DNA of 63,989 nt, filler included, from Octopus bimaculoides (lineage: Eukaryota), in assembly GCF_001194135.2 (NCBI RefSeq). It is 12 parts of 10 records of this genome, joined end to end, with 100 filler letters (N's around TTAATTAATTAA, not from the genome) between each part and the next. Parts side by side here need not be neighbours in the genome. Positions count along the whole stretch, not along the records: positions 32,070 to 40,292 come from NC_068987.1; positions 40,393 to 45,957 come from NW_026296508.1; positions 46,058 to 49,787 come from NW_026330983.1; 9 more parts are not named here. One strand, 5' to 3'. Under the pieces are notes generated by a model, which ran no database searches, was not told where the DNA came from, and saw only the letters and a list, made by a program, of their open reading frames with translations. The position numbers and the translations under genes are program-made. This document shows, one piece after another, positions 35,701 through 47,030 of the stretch. Each line of letters opens with the position of its first letter. Within the stretch, counting starts at the first letter, position 1.

Positions 35701-35833
35701 AAAGATTAAGCCTTTTGGTACAATTAGTCTTTAGCACTTTTTGTCATATTTAGCATTTTTTAGCCTTTTTTTTTTGTATGTTTTTTTCTACTGAAATTTA
35801 GCATTAAATTCTGATTTTATGTTGGCAACACTG
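32756..35833 (+). mobile_element. Complete hAT DNA transposon, 3078 bp
   Basis: TIRs CAGGGTTTCCAA and TTGGCAACACTG, perfect 8-bp TSD TTCTTTTA at 32748-32755 and 35834-35841, subterminal TTAGCA motifs, internal transposase. Confidence 0.92.
33690..35667 (+). pseudogene. Disrupted hAT transposase
   Basis: YQQKFRKEWL...AHCRYCRC (BED-like), KLHRTKC...FSLLLNESNDISINK, TTRWLSIEPAVNRIL and ANFAINLLTLPNSNTEIERLFSSMGAIKSKLKNKM (hAT dimerisation domain). Several stops and frameshifts. Confidence 0.88.
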
Positions 35834-36004
35834 TTCTTTTATTCACATTGCAGAAACAATATATAAACGCTTGTGGTAAATCGTAAGCGAGTTCCACCTA
35901 CACGCTATTACCACACCTTTCTTTTTTGTTTTATGCTCATATGTAGTGACATAAATACGTTGGAAATTGTTCCACACTTGACTTAGAAAATCATTTAGAC
36001 TATG

Positions 36005-36195
36005 ACCCCTGGAACAAACGAGTGCTGATAATTATCACAAGCCGACTACTGCTACTCATTTCCTTCAGACTGGAGCAATGTGAAATGGCATGCCTTGTTC
36101 ATGGACACAGCGCACCATAAGATCCGGGATTCGAACCCAAGATCTAATGATCCTAATCTCAGCACAGTAACCACAAGGCAACGCTCGTTCACATC
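36005..36195 (-). mobile_element. tRNA-derived SINE
   Basis: GACTGGAGCAATGTGAAATG...GGGATTCGAACCC (reverse B box); same family as 57795-58060. Confidence 0.7.
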
Positions 36196-37079
36196 ACATA
36201 ACATTAATTTTTATTGTTGGGTATTCTGCAAAATTAATTTTGGACTTCTAGAAGTTTAAGATTTAGCTATGTCATATAATTCCAACACAATTTCTGTAAC
36301 GTCTTTTGCAATATAAAATCTGTTTTGATACTCCACCGACTCTTTTCAAACCACATATTCATAGTTTCCTCAAGCGCTGGCTAGCAATATCAATGCATTA
36401 TTATTCTTTTAACATGATCGCTCCCTGGAAGAATTTTACTTAGCAACATCAGATGATAAACCGTTTCTGTCTTTTCGTTACATAGCAAGAGAGGAATGAT
36501 ATCACTAATCACCTCAACACTTCCCACTCCCTTCTACACTGCTGTTTCTAGTATTTAATCCTGCATGTTGACGTCGCAGAAACATTTCTTGAGATCTCAT
36601 GCAACTTCAACATACACACCCAGCTTCTTTAATCTGTATTGTTAAAGACGTGACACTCTTGCATTTTATATTTATACACTTACAGATTTAATTTATCTCA
36701 GCTCTTTTGATTTTTAAATTGAAACAGATTTGGTTCTTACGTGTACCTCTAATTCTTTCTCTGTTGATACTGATATCTCCTAAACCAAATGGTGTGCTGT
36801 CTTTGACGTTCTGCAATGTATCTTCTACTTTGCTTTCTGGAGAACATTATTCTTTCCTTATCTCTCTCACTCTCTTTTCCATGCAAAAGTTATTCGTTTC
36901 TCAATGGTTTATTGGCTAGTAATATTCTATTGCTTTCTTACATACGTTTTCAAATATTTGATAACTCTGCATCCATTTTACATTTCAGGAATACAATTTC
37001 ATCACTTTCATGTTGAAGTATGAAGTGAGAAGTAATTCAATGCTGCAGGAGCAACTTAGAAGATTTAATATAACGTGAA

Positions 37080-37690
37080 ATTATATTTGAAGGCTCTGGA
37101 TGGCCTTCAATGTCATGTAGATGCATCACTTCGCCAATGAGCAATTTTATATGCAGACCACTTCCAATTGATTGCGTAGAGAATGAGAAAACAAGATAGC
37201 CGAAACTTGTCCGGTAGTTGTCAAAACGCACATGCTGGACCATGAAGACAGTGTCTAAGAACAAACTTGTGACATGCCTTCCAACTGCTTACAACGCTTT
37301 AACTACATTATTATTGCAAAGTGAAAATGAACATCCGGAAAAATCTGTTTTCAGAAGAGCAGAAAGAATGCTGCAAATATCAATTACTTTCAACAATGCT
37401 ACAAATGAAGACTGCAGGATGTGAAATAGGGACTGTGCATGGCATGAATTAAATGTTCGAAGGCTAGTCAGAAAGTATCCCACGCGTAGATCCCGAAAAT
37501 ATAACCACAAGCAATCAGGCTACAATAATAAACACAAATACCATGATTGAAAATGCAAGAAATTTACAGATACGTGCAGAAGAGACATATTCTGAGACAA
37601 CACTCGCAGAAAATTCCTTTCTTGCACAGCGTGTAATCGGAAATTTTAATAGTGTAATGCTTCCAATGTGTAGGGAAAATTAGATGGATA
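37080..37690 (+). mobile_element. Highly decayed CR1-like LINE 3' fragment
   Basis: VFRRAERML and NSFLAQRVIGNFNSV-like motifs in shifting frames. Confidence 0.4.
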
Positions 37691-38177
37691 ACTCTTGGTT
37701 GACTGTTTTGCAGCTTGTTAACTGTTCCCCAAGGAAAACATAACCGATGTTTTCCTTAATCTATAGTGTAGAATATTGATCATCTACATAACACACACAT
37801 GAAATAAATAATTATCATATTGGGTAACTTCGTTTGTAGATTTTGCTTCCGTCAGCTCCATATAAATTAAACTATATATTTTATGCAACAGCCAGCGTGA
37901 TTCACAAGAATTGAAATAAACTGAAACAAAACCAAGCTGTAAAAGGAATCAGCCTTATTATTATTGTTAGCGATTTAACTGAGCTAAAGTAGCAACACCA
38001 TACCCTTAACCGCCCCATCTATACTCAACTTAGATTGCGGCAAAACGCCTCAAAATATATTTGAAATTGTTTTGTTTCTAAGTGATGCAATATATGTGTG
38101 CGTATCTGTATATATACTTTTATGTGCGTATGTATGTATGTATGTATGTATGTATGTATAGATAGATAGATAGATAT

Positions 38178-38236
<59 letters not shown>

Positions 38237-39332
38237 TAGATAGATAGATACAGATATGTATACATATATTTGCGTTTATGTTATCTATAGGTGTGTATAT
38301 ATGTTTTTTTATGTGTGCGTGTGCGACAACCTTTTTTTTACTAAACAATATTAACATAATGAAAGCCCTTTCATTACAAAAATGGAATGGAATGAAATAG
38401 AATAGAACAGATGCACCACATTTCACTTATATTGCTCAAGTAAATACACACACCAAATATTTTATTCCTTCTGATGTATGGCTCCAGTGACTAGAATGAA
38501 GTATTCATAGGGTGTATGTATGAAACATCAAAAACATATTTCCATATGGACAAAGTTTGATCTCTTCGTATTCTCAGTTTCCCATATTATTGCAGAAAAT
38601 GTACACATCGGAAAATATACTGTCAGTTTACAGTGGGCTCAAGAAAACTGCAAATATATCTAATTACTTGTCTCCTTCTAAAATCAAGCATGACTTGGCG
38701 ATCGGTTGACTTACAACACCGTTCTTTCTCATGGGTTTACATTATAGAATGGGTTTGTTAACTTGACAAGGTCAAGGTGAGCTCTGATTGGTTGTATGCG
38801 AATGAGCTATTTACTGGGTTCCGGAACTCTCATGGGAAAAAAAAAATTCGTGCCCCGGCGAGGAAAGAAGTCAAACAATAAATGTCCACAACACAGTCAG
38901 CCAGTGTACGACAGCGATCATGAATCATTACAAAACCTTTTCTATAAATCGTTTAGTATTAATTGATGCATACAAAGTTTATAAATCACTAGGAGAATCA
39001 TAATCAAAAATTCTACAAATGCACATCCTAATGTCTGCTGCAACGGCGGTATCGGCAATAACGGAAAGCACAGATATTCTCTTTCTTCCTAATGTCATAT
39101 TTTATCACAAAATGCATTTAAAAAATGCAAAAACTTCGAACGTGACACAAATACTTTTATTTACTTTTATTTTTAATTCGACCACGTACCATTAACAATA
39201 TGAAAAAAAAATGTCTGCTATGAAACTCGAACATATTAACATCATGCACAATATTCACTTGTTATAATTTAGAAAACATTTTACTATATTAACCGAAAAG
39301 AACGATTACACTCAGATCATATTTAAGATTGG

Positions 39333-39575
39333 TTGTCACAACAGAGGAGGGCTCATAATATAATCAAATCTAGCATGCAAAATATAGATATCTCAGACAA
39401 CATAAAAGAACACAAAACGGTAGAAATTGAGATCTTTAGAACAGTAGCCGGCAACTGGAATTACGTTAATATAACAAACACAGTTAGCAACATGACTTCA
39501 CAAGCAAGTGCACTAGGTTACACTCGCTAACTATGTATATCATCATGAGTGGAGACTTCAATGTGCTAAGCACGA
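39333..39575 (+). mobile_element. Decayed LINE APE-endonuclease fragment
   Basis: IIMSGDFNVL motif at about 39538-39567. Confidence 0.35.
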
Positions 39576-40249
39576 CTTGTTCATAGAAGCCGGTTTTTCT
39601 CTACCAGTGAGAAATTGGATAAAGAAAGTCAAAACATGCAAACACACATGGACACATACAAATATATATATACAATTGTGCATACATCTACAGTATTATA
39701 TACACATAGATAAATGAATAGGTATAAAATATATGCAAATGCGTGCATTTATAGAACCATGCATACATACATGCCTAATATTGAAACTCGGTTCCGTATT
39801 TAATAAGATCATTGCTTGTTAGTGAGCAGCAAAGTGAAGATGACTTTTTAACCCAGCTGATTATTTCCAGCTTTTACCGCAATTATTACATAAATGCCAC
39901 ATTTCAGTTAAATGCTTGACAACCGAATATGCGTACAGACATGTTTCTTCAGCCTGCGATAGAGTGACGACCTTTGTTACTGCATTGACAGATTATATGT
40001 TCATTCATGTGGCAATGATCTATTAATAGCTTGCTTTGGTTTATGGAAGCTAACAAGACCAGCTTAGGCAGACAAACTCGACAGCATGTTAGCCTCACAA
40101 GGCTGCACATATAGCGATGTATATAAATGCATATCCACGCTATAGATTATATATGAATATGAAAATTTAAAAGTTTAAAAACCTTATAATATATATATAT
40201 ATTTATATATATATATAATCTATAGCGGGTATATGTATTTATATGTCTC

Positions 40250-40292
<43 letters not shown>

Positions 40293-40954
40293 NNNNNNNN
40301 NNNNNNNNNNNNNNNNNNNNNNNNNNNNNNNNNNNNTTAATTAATTAANNNNNNNNNNNNNNNNNNNNNNNNNNNNNNNNNNNNNNNNNNNNTGTGAATA
40401 TGTTCGCTGTTACTTGGGAGAAAACAAAGTTGCTGCTGAATTTACTCGTCTCTTTCTTGAGAAACGAAACGCATTGAAGAAAGGGGCTCAACATACAAAC
40501 CAATCAAACCGAAAATCCCAACCACCACAAGAAGAAGTAAGTAGCATTTAAATTTGGCTTAGAAAATGAAGATTTACTGTGGTGTGCACGAAGATGGGTT
40601 GTCATGTGTGTGTGCCTCTTACTTTTCTCTTGGTGACAGCAATATGTATGTGTGAATAGTCATATACACATGACTCGGGAAGAATCTTTAGCTTACATTA
40701 TTATGGCTTGTTCACTAATCCCTTTGCAGAGTGTACTGAGTGAAATTTTATTGTGGCCCCCAGCACTACTTATGTTTTTCTTTATGGGGCTAAAGTCCTC
40801 ATCACACTATTGTGTTCCCATTTATTGAAGACAACATGAGCAAAATCATGAATAGGAGAGAAAGTGCTGACAGGAGTGAGTGAATAAGAGTATGATGAGT
40901 GAAACAATGATGGTAGAAGAGAGAGGGAGAGAGAGAGAGAGAGAGAGGGAGGGT

Positions 40955-40994
<40 letters not shown>

Positions 40995-41621
40995 AAGAGA
41001 GAGAGGAATAATGAAAGGATATCACATAGCTAGAGGTATAACAGGGATATATTGGGCATTAGATTGGGATGTCTAGCTCTCAGCTTTAATTTTAAGGTTC
41101 ATTATGTCATCCCATGTTTACTCTAGCTACTATGCTTTCATAATACCCTCCTCCATTACTAATTACATCATTTAGGTAACAAAATGGATTAATAACATCT
41201 TAGACATTCTCCAGGCATTTGTGAGAATCAATCTAATGTTTACTCTTAGTGCTTGCAGCTCATGTGTATCTCTTGTACAAAAATCTAATTTCTCTGTTAA
41301 CTCGCTTCAGATCACAATATAGCTCTTGCGTGTCCTTGTCTGTGACAGCTACTTAGTCATGTTATGAATATTATACAGACTGAGATGGTTTTCAACTAGT
41401 ATTGACTAAAGTCATGCATAACTTAATAGCATCAACTAGTGAAGTTGTATGAGCTGTAGCCTACTTGTATGGTGAGCTTTTGTTGGACAAACATAATCAG
41501 TTGCTGTCAGTTTGTATGGTATTTCTTTGAAGAATTTGTTCAGACACCTTTTTTGGGACATCTTGTTGTGGTTGGGATTTCTCTTCCATGATGTGTTTCC
41601 AAAAGATGTTGAGTAGAGCAG

Positions 41622-43185
41622 AACCATCATCATCGTCGTTTAATGTCCGCTTTCCATGCTGGCATGGGTTGGATGGTTTGACTGAGGACTGGCGAGACAG
41701 AAGGCTGCACCAGGTTCCAGTCTGATCCAGCAAAGTTTCAATAGCTAGATGTCCTTCCTAACACCAACCACTCTGAAAGTCTAGTGGGTGCTTTTACGTG
41801 CCACCGGCATGAGGGCCAGTCAGGCGGTACTGGCATCGACCACGCTCAAATGGTGCTTTTGATGTGCCACCTGCACAGGAGCCAGTCCGACGGCACTGGT
41901 AATGACCACGCTCGAATGGTGTTTTTTTTTTACATGCCTCCTGCACAGAAGCCAATCGGGTGACACTGGCAATGATCACGTTTGAATGGTGTGTTTTATG
42001 TGCCACCAGTATGGTAGCCTGTCAGCAGCCCTGACGACGATCATGCTCGAATGGTGCTTTTAATGTTCCACTTGCACGGGTGCCAATCAGGCGGTACTGT
42101 CATCAGCCACGACAATGATTTTGATTTCACTTGCCTTAACAGCTCTTCACAAGCATAGTTTAAATGGGCTGGTTATGTGACACTGGCATAGGCCACAGGT
42201 TATGGTCTCACTTGGCTTGCCAGGTCTTCTCAAGCACAGCATATCTCCAAAGGTCTCAGTCACTAGTCATTGCCTCGGTGAGGCCTAATGTTCGAAGGTC
42301 ATGCTTCACCACTTCATCCCAGGTCTTCCTGGGTCTACCTCTTCCACAGGTTCCTTCAGCTGCTAGGGTGCGATACTTTTTCACACAGCTGTCCTCATCC
42401 ATTCTCACCACATGACCATACCAGCACAGTCGTCGCTCTTGCACACCACATCTGATGCTTCTTAAGTCCAAGTTTTCTCTCAAGGTACTTACACTCTGTC
42501 GTGTATGCACAATGACATTACACATCCAACGGAGCATACTGGCTTCATTCCTTGCAAGCTTACGCATGTCCTCAGCAGTCATGGCCCATGTTTCACTGTC
42601 ATGTAGCATGGCTGTTCACACACATGCGTCATACAGCTTACCTTTTACTCTGAGCGAGAGGCCCTTCATCACCAGCAGAGGTAAGAGCTCTGAACTTTGC
42701 CCAGGCTATTCTTATTATAGCATCTACACTTTCAGAGCATCCACCCCTGCTACTGACCTGGTCACCTAGGTAATGGAGGCTATCAACTACTTGTAGTCTT
42801 TTCCCCTGGAATGTGACAGAAGTTGTTCTCTGCACATTTTCAGTGTTTATTGCTCCTGAGCATTTGCCAAACACAAAACTATCTTCCCAGTTAGCCTTCC
42901 TTAGATATTGCTGCACCTCTTATGTGTCCATAGCTTACACTGGGTACATCTTATGGAGTTTCTACCTACACCTTTTCTACAGATCGAGCAGGGCCATCTA
43001 CCTGAAGGGATTTGTGGTTTGTCTGCCTTCTTACTTATTAGGACTTTGGTTTTAGCTAGGTTGACTCTAAGGCCCTTCGATTCTAATCCTTGCTTCCACA
43101 CCTGAAACTTCTCCTCTAGTTCTGATAGTGACTCAGCAATTAGGGGCATCCTGTCTTGAATTCCTCTGTTATTGTCTGGAGGACT
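41622..43185 (-). mobile_element. 5'-truncated RTE-family LINE with PHD-like finger and tandem-repeat 3' UTR
   Basis: LIAESLSELEEKF...GLRVNLAKTKVL, WPCSICRKGVGRNSIRCTQCKLWTHKRCS, HYLGDQV, SETWAMT...RRLCWYGHVVRM...GRGRPRKTW; (GAT)n tail at about 41625-41640. Confidence 0.92.
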
Positions 43186-43654
43186 ATGATAAAAAAAAAT
43201 TGATGTAACCATGTAGTTATTGCTTTAAGTTCAATTATTCAGTGTTCTGGTTGATTCACTGAAAATTCATTATGGAAATTACATCACCTGCAATTTCATC
43301 ACATAGTCGTACATTGAGAGCCAATACATCATTGATGTGGATATAAAAAGGGAAATTTGTTTTACCATTATTTGGAAATGATAAATGGAGACCGAATACT
43401 TTTTTTATTAGTCCACCAAAACAACTCTCCTAAATGTTAGAATTGAACAAACTCATTCGTCATTTGATTTTGGAATGTGACCAAACTCATTGACCTGCAG
43501 AAATCCATTCAGAAGATTCCTTTGTTAAACAACTGAGAGAACACAAATCAAGCCAGCAATATTGCTTGTCTTGAAAGTGTCAAATCGATCAGTTTAATAA
43601 CATTAAAAGCACTTCTTTACATCATAACCTAAGTTTACACTGGATTGTTCCACA

Positions 43655-44581
43655 TGTAACGACCGTGCGACCAGGAGATGGTGACCAGGAATGGCTCCTT
43701 TAGTGCATCGCATGGTCAATACGAATAAGAAATACGAACAGAGGTTAAATGAGTATAAGTGCCAAAAAGGAAAAGAGACACAACCGGTAAAAGGTTTAAG
43801 AGAAGGTTTTTATTGATATGTCAACTTGTATGTCTGTGTGTGTGAGTGCAACATAATAAACACAATAATAGACAGGTCGTCATGCAAACAAAGTGTATGT
43901 GTATACAAACATGTGTGTATGTGTGTGAGAGAAATACAGAGCATAGAAAAGAGTACAAGGACGTTAGAAGTCCAGACACAAGGATGATAAATACCAGTTC
44001 GTAGGTCAAGGTACACAGTAGTTGAAGTGCTGTATGAAGAAGTTGTGGCGGCAAGGTAGAGCCGAGAAAAGACACATGTTGTGTAAGAAGTTGAGGCTTC
44101 AATGCTGTGGCCGGTTACTTGGTACAGGAGTTCTCACAGGTTGTAACCGCTGTTAACCATGGTGAAGCAATTCACAAACAGTGAGGTGATAGAACCTGTG
44201 GAGAGTGCTGTTGGTGTAGACGCTGGCAACGAAGGAGTTTGCAGTAAGCTGTTGAACGAAGTGTTGGATCTCCATGAAGTGGTATCGTGTCGTCGCTGGA
44301 ACTGGCTGTGTGCTCTGTGGTCAGCGGCTAGACCTCAGAAGGTCTAGAGCCAGACTGACAATCATGCACAGAAAAGTTAGCTATTTATAAGATACTATCG
44401 ACTCAAAAATGGGTCTCACGTGACCTTATCTGAAGGCTGTGATTGGTTGGGTTGCACCCTGGCGTGAAATAGAACAAGAGACAAAATGCGCCAATACCAA
44501 CCAATCAGAGTGGTGGACACAACAGGGTCCAAAAGAGCGGCCAAAGGCTAGCTGTTAACCACTACGTCCGCACTCATAACA
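43655..44581 (-). mobile_element. Solo LTR related to 23392-24479
   Basis: TGTTA...TTACA termini on the minus strand, the same CCAATCACAG-GTCACGTGA-TATAAATA order and the same terminal hairpin. No TSD is discernible because the right flank is (AG)n. Confidence 0.7.
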
Positions 44582-44803
44582 GAGAGAGAGAGAGAAGTAC
44601 GCTACACACAAAGTTGTCAGATTTCTGCAACCTACTTCGTAAACAAATTAACATATAAACAGAGAACATGCCTCGTGCTTATATGTTATAATTTTTCAAA
44701 TCTACCACGCAAGTGCGGCTTTCTTATCAGTAGCAAATACAAAAAATGCCGATTTTCTTCCAGAAATTAGCCAAAAAGTCATTATATCATTATTAACAAA
44801 TTT

Positions 44804-45053
44804 CAGGGTAGCAAATAAATTTAGAAATTCTTTTTTAATGGTCTAGCGAGAAGAAAAACTAGTCAATAGACTATATATTATTCATATAAATACATACAGT
44901 GTACATCTAAACACATAAGACATGTCCTATTATGGACATCTCTTATGTGTTTAAATTTACACTGTATGTATTTATATGAATAATACATAGTCTATTGACT
45001 AGTTTTTTTTCCACTGGTAGCAAAAAGAATTTCTAAATTTTTTTGCTACCCTG
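44804..45053. mobile_element. 250-bp foldback (palindromic) MITE-like element
   Basis: CAGGGTAGCAAA...TTTGCTACCCTG; the two halves are near-perfect reverse complements around ATGTCC-TATTAT-GGACAT. Confidence 0.8.
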
Positions 45054-45691
45054 NNNNNNNNNNNNNNNNNNNNNNNNNNNNNNNNNNNNNNNNNNNNNNN
45101 NNNNNNNNNNNNNNNNNNNNNNNNNNNNNNNNNNNNNNNNNNNNNNNNNNNNNNNNNNNNNNNNNNNNNNNNNNNNNNNNNNNNNNNNNNNNNNNNNNNN
45201 NNNNNNNNNNNNNNNNNNNNATATATATGTATATAACTATATGCATATATCCATACATATATGTACATACCTACATCTATATGTATACATACATGCATAT
45301 ATGGGTACAGGACATCACAAAAAACGTTAAACACGATGAGAAACGAAAACATAAAGACGAAGACAGAAAACGAAATTTTTTCCGAACAACGAAAAAACAA
45401 ACAGAGAAACGAGAAATGCAACATAAATAATGTTTTGGGATTCTTTCTTTATACTTCCTGCCTTCCTATAGAGAAGATGTGATTTTTTTTGTCTCTCATT
45501 CACATCTAACTTCGCGTTCATAATAATACTATTTCTATCGTCTTGGCTTAACAGCTCTTACCATTTGTCTTCACTGTTCTGTCTTGTTTTTATTGTCTTT
45601 TACTGTCTTGTTCTCACTGTCCTGTTCTTGTTTACACTTTCACCCTCCGCAAAAAATTTCAAATTTATTTTAATTTGCTTTGCAGGAAGGA

Positions 45692-45768
45692 CTGTTCCAA
45701 CGAAGTCGCGTGTTGTCCTTCCCTTTGAAACGCGGAGTAGATGGAACAGGGACAACTGAAGAAGGGAA
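45692..45768 (+). ncRNA. Candidate non-circularly permuted hammerhead motif (copy A)
   Basis: CTGTTCCA...CGCGT-G-TTGTCC-TTCCCTTT-GAAA-CGCG...TGGAACAG-GGACAA-CTGAAGA-AGGGAA. Perfect 5-bp stem III, 6-bp stem I and 8-bp extra helix. Confidence 0.65.
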
Positions 45769-46058
45769 ATAAAAAAACACGCATACACGGTTTTCATGTT
45801 TCTTATATCTTACTTCATTTACATTTTATATTTTATTATCTTTATTATATTTTCGTATTATCTTTTATGGTTTATTATTAATTTTTTTATTGTTATTTGA
45901 ATGTTTAATATAAACATGTCTCCCCTTCAAGTCTTATAAATCGCTGTAAGAATGATTNNNNNNNNNNNNNNNNNNNNNNNNNNNNNNNNNNNNNNNNNNN
46001 NTTAATTAATTAANNNNNNNNNNNNNNNNNNNNNNNNNNNNNNNNNNNNNNNNNNNNA

Positions 46059-46200
46059 TGACAAAAATCTGGTTTATGCGGTCCGGGAGAACTTTATGGT
46101 ATTTTTCCAACCAGAATTTTATTGCCTCTCTTCCATAGTCGTGTGGAATGTTAGTGTAGAGGTTGATGACATCGAAGGAGACGAATAGAGCTTCTTCGTC
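46059..46200 (-). mobile_element. Penelope-like RT fragment (inverted segment)
   Basis: ALFVSFDVINLYTNIPHDYGREAIKFWLEKY. Confidence 0.88.
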
Positions 46201-46202
46201 CA

Positions 46203-47030
46203 ACAACCAAATTGTAACTGACATTTACTACAAACCAACAAACTCAAAACAGTATCTCCTTTTCAGTTCATGCCATCCTAAACACACCAAAATAAATATC
46301 CCATTCAATCTAGCAAAAAGGATTTGTACAATTGTATCTAACACAACCACACGGGAACTTCGCCTTCAAGAACTCAAAATAACACTCATTGAACGGCAAT
46401 ACCTACTTGCACTTATAGAACATGGAATTAAACGTGCCAAGAAACTGGACACAAACACACTAAGGACAACAAAACAAAAGACCACACCTCACGTTAAATC
46501 ACTCCTATACATATCAACCCACAACCCCAGAAACAATGAAGCATACAACACAATTATACAAAATCTCTCTCTGCTCACTCAAGACCCGAAAATGAACAAC
46601 ATCCTAAATACACACAAACTACTAAAATGCAAAAGACAAGACAAATCACTCAAGAGACTCCTAACAAATGCAAAACTATACTCAATACGTACGATACCAA
46701 CAGTTAAAAAGTGCAGACGACCTAATTGTGGTACTTGCCCAAACCTAAGTGAAGGCTCCGAATTCACATTCCAGCAAGGACAAAAATTCTCAATTAAGAC
46801 CAACTTCACATGTGCTTCCCATAACCTTATCTAAGCCAAATGAGCCTTACTTTAAGCCGCAGAGTCACGCTGCATAAAGAACAGATTCGTTTCCTTCAAT
46901 ACAGGCAGATAGCACTGAGTGGACATATCGACATATGCACAAGTAATAAAACGCCGAATTTTCATATCTTCCCATGATACCAATGTGACGATTCAATCTC
47001 AGTACAAGAACGCCTAAACAAGGAAAACCT
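46203..47030 (+). mobile_element. Penelope-like element RT thumb, linker and GIY-YIG fragment
   Basis: TDIYYKPTNSKQYLLFSSCHPKHTKINIPFNLAKRICTIVS, KKCRRPNCGTC, TNFTCASHNLI, followed by a decayed nuclease region. Confidence 0.9.
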
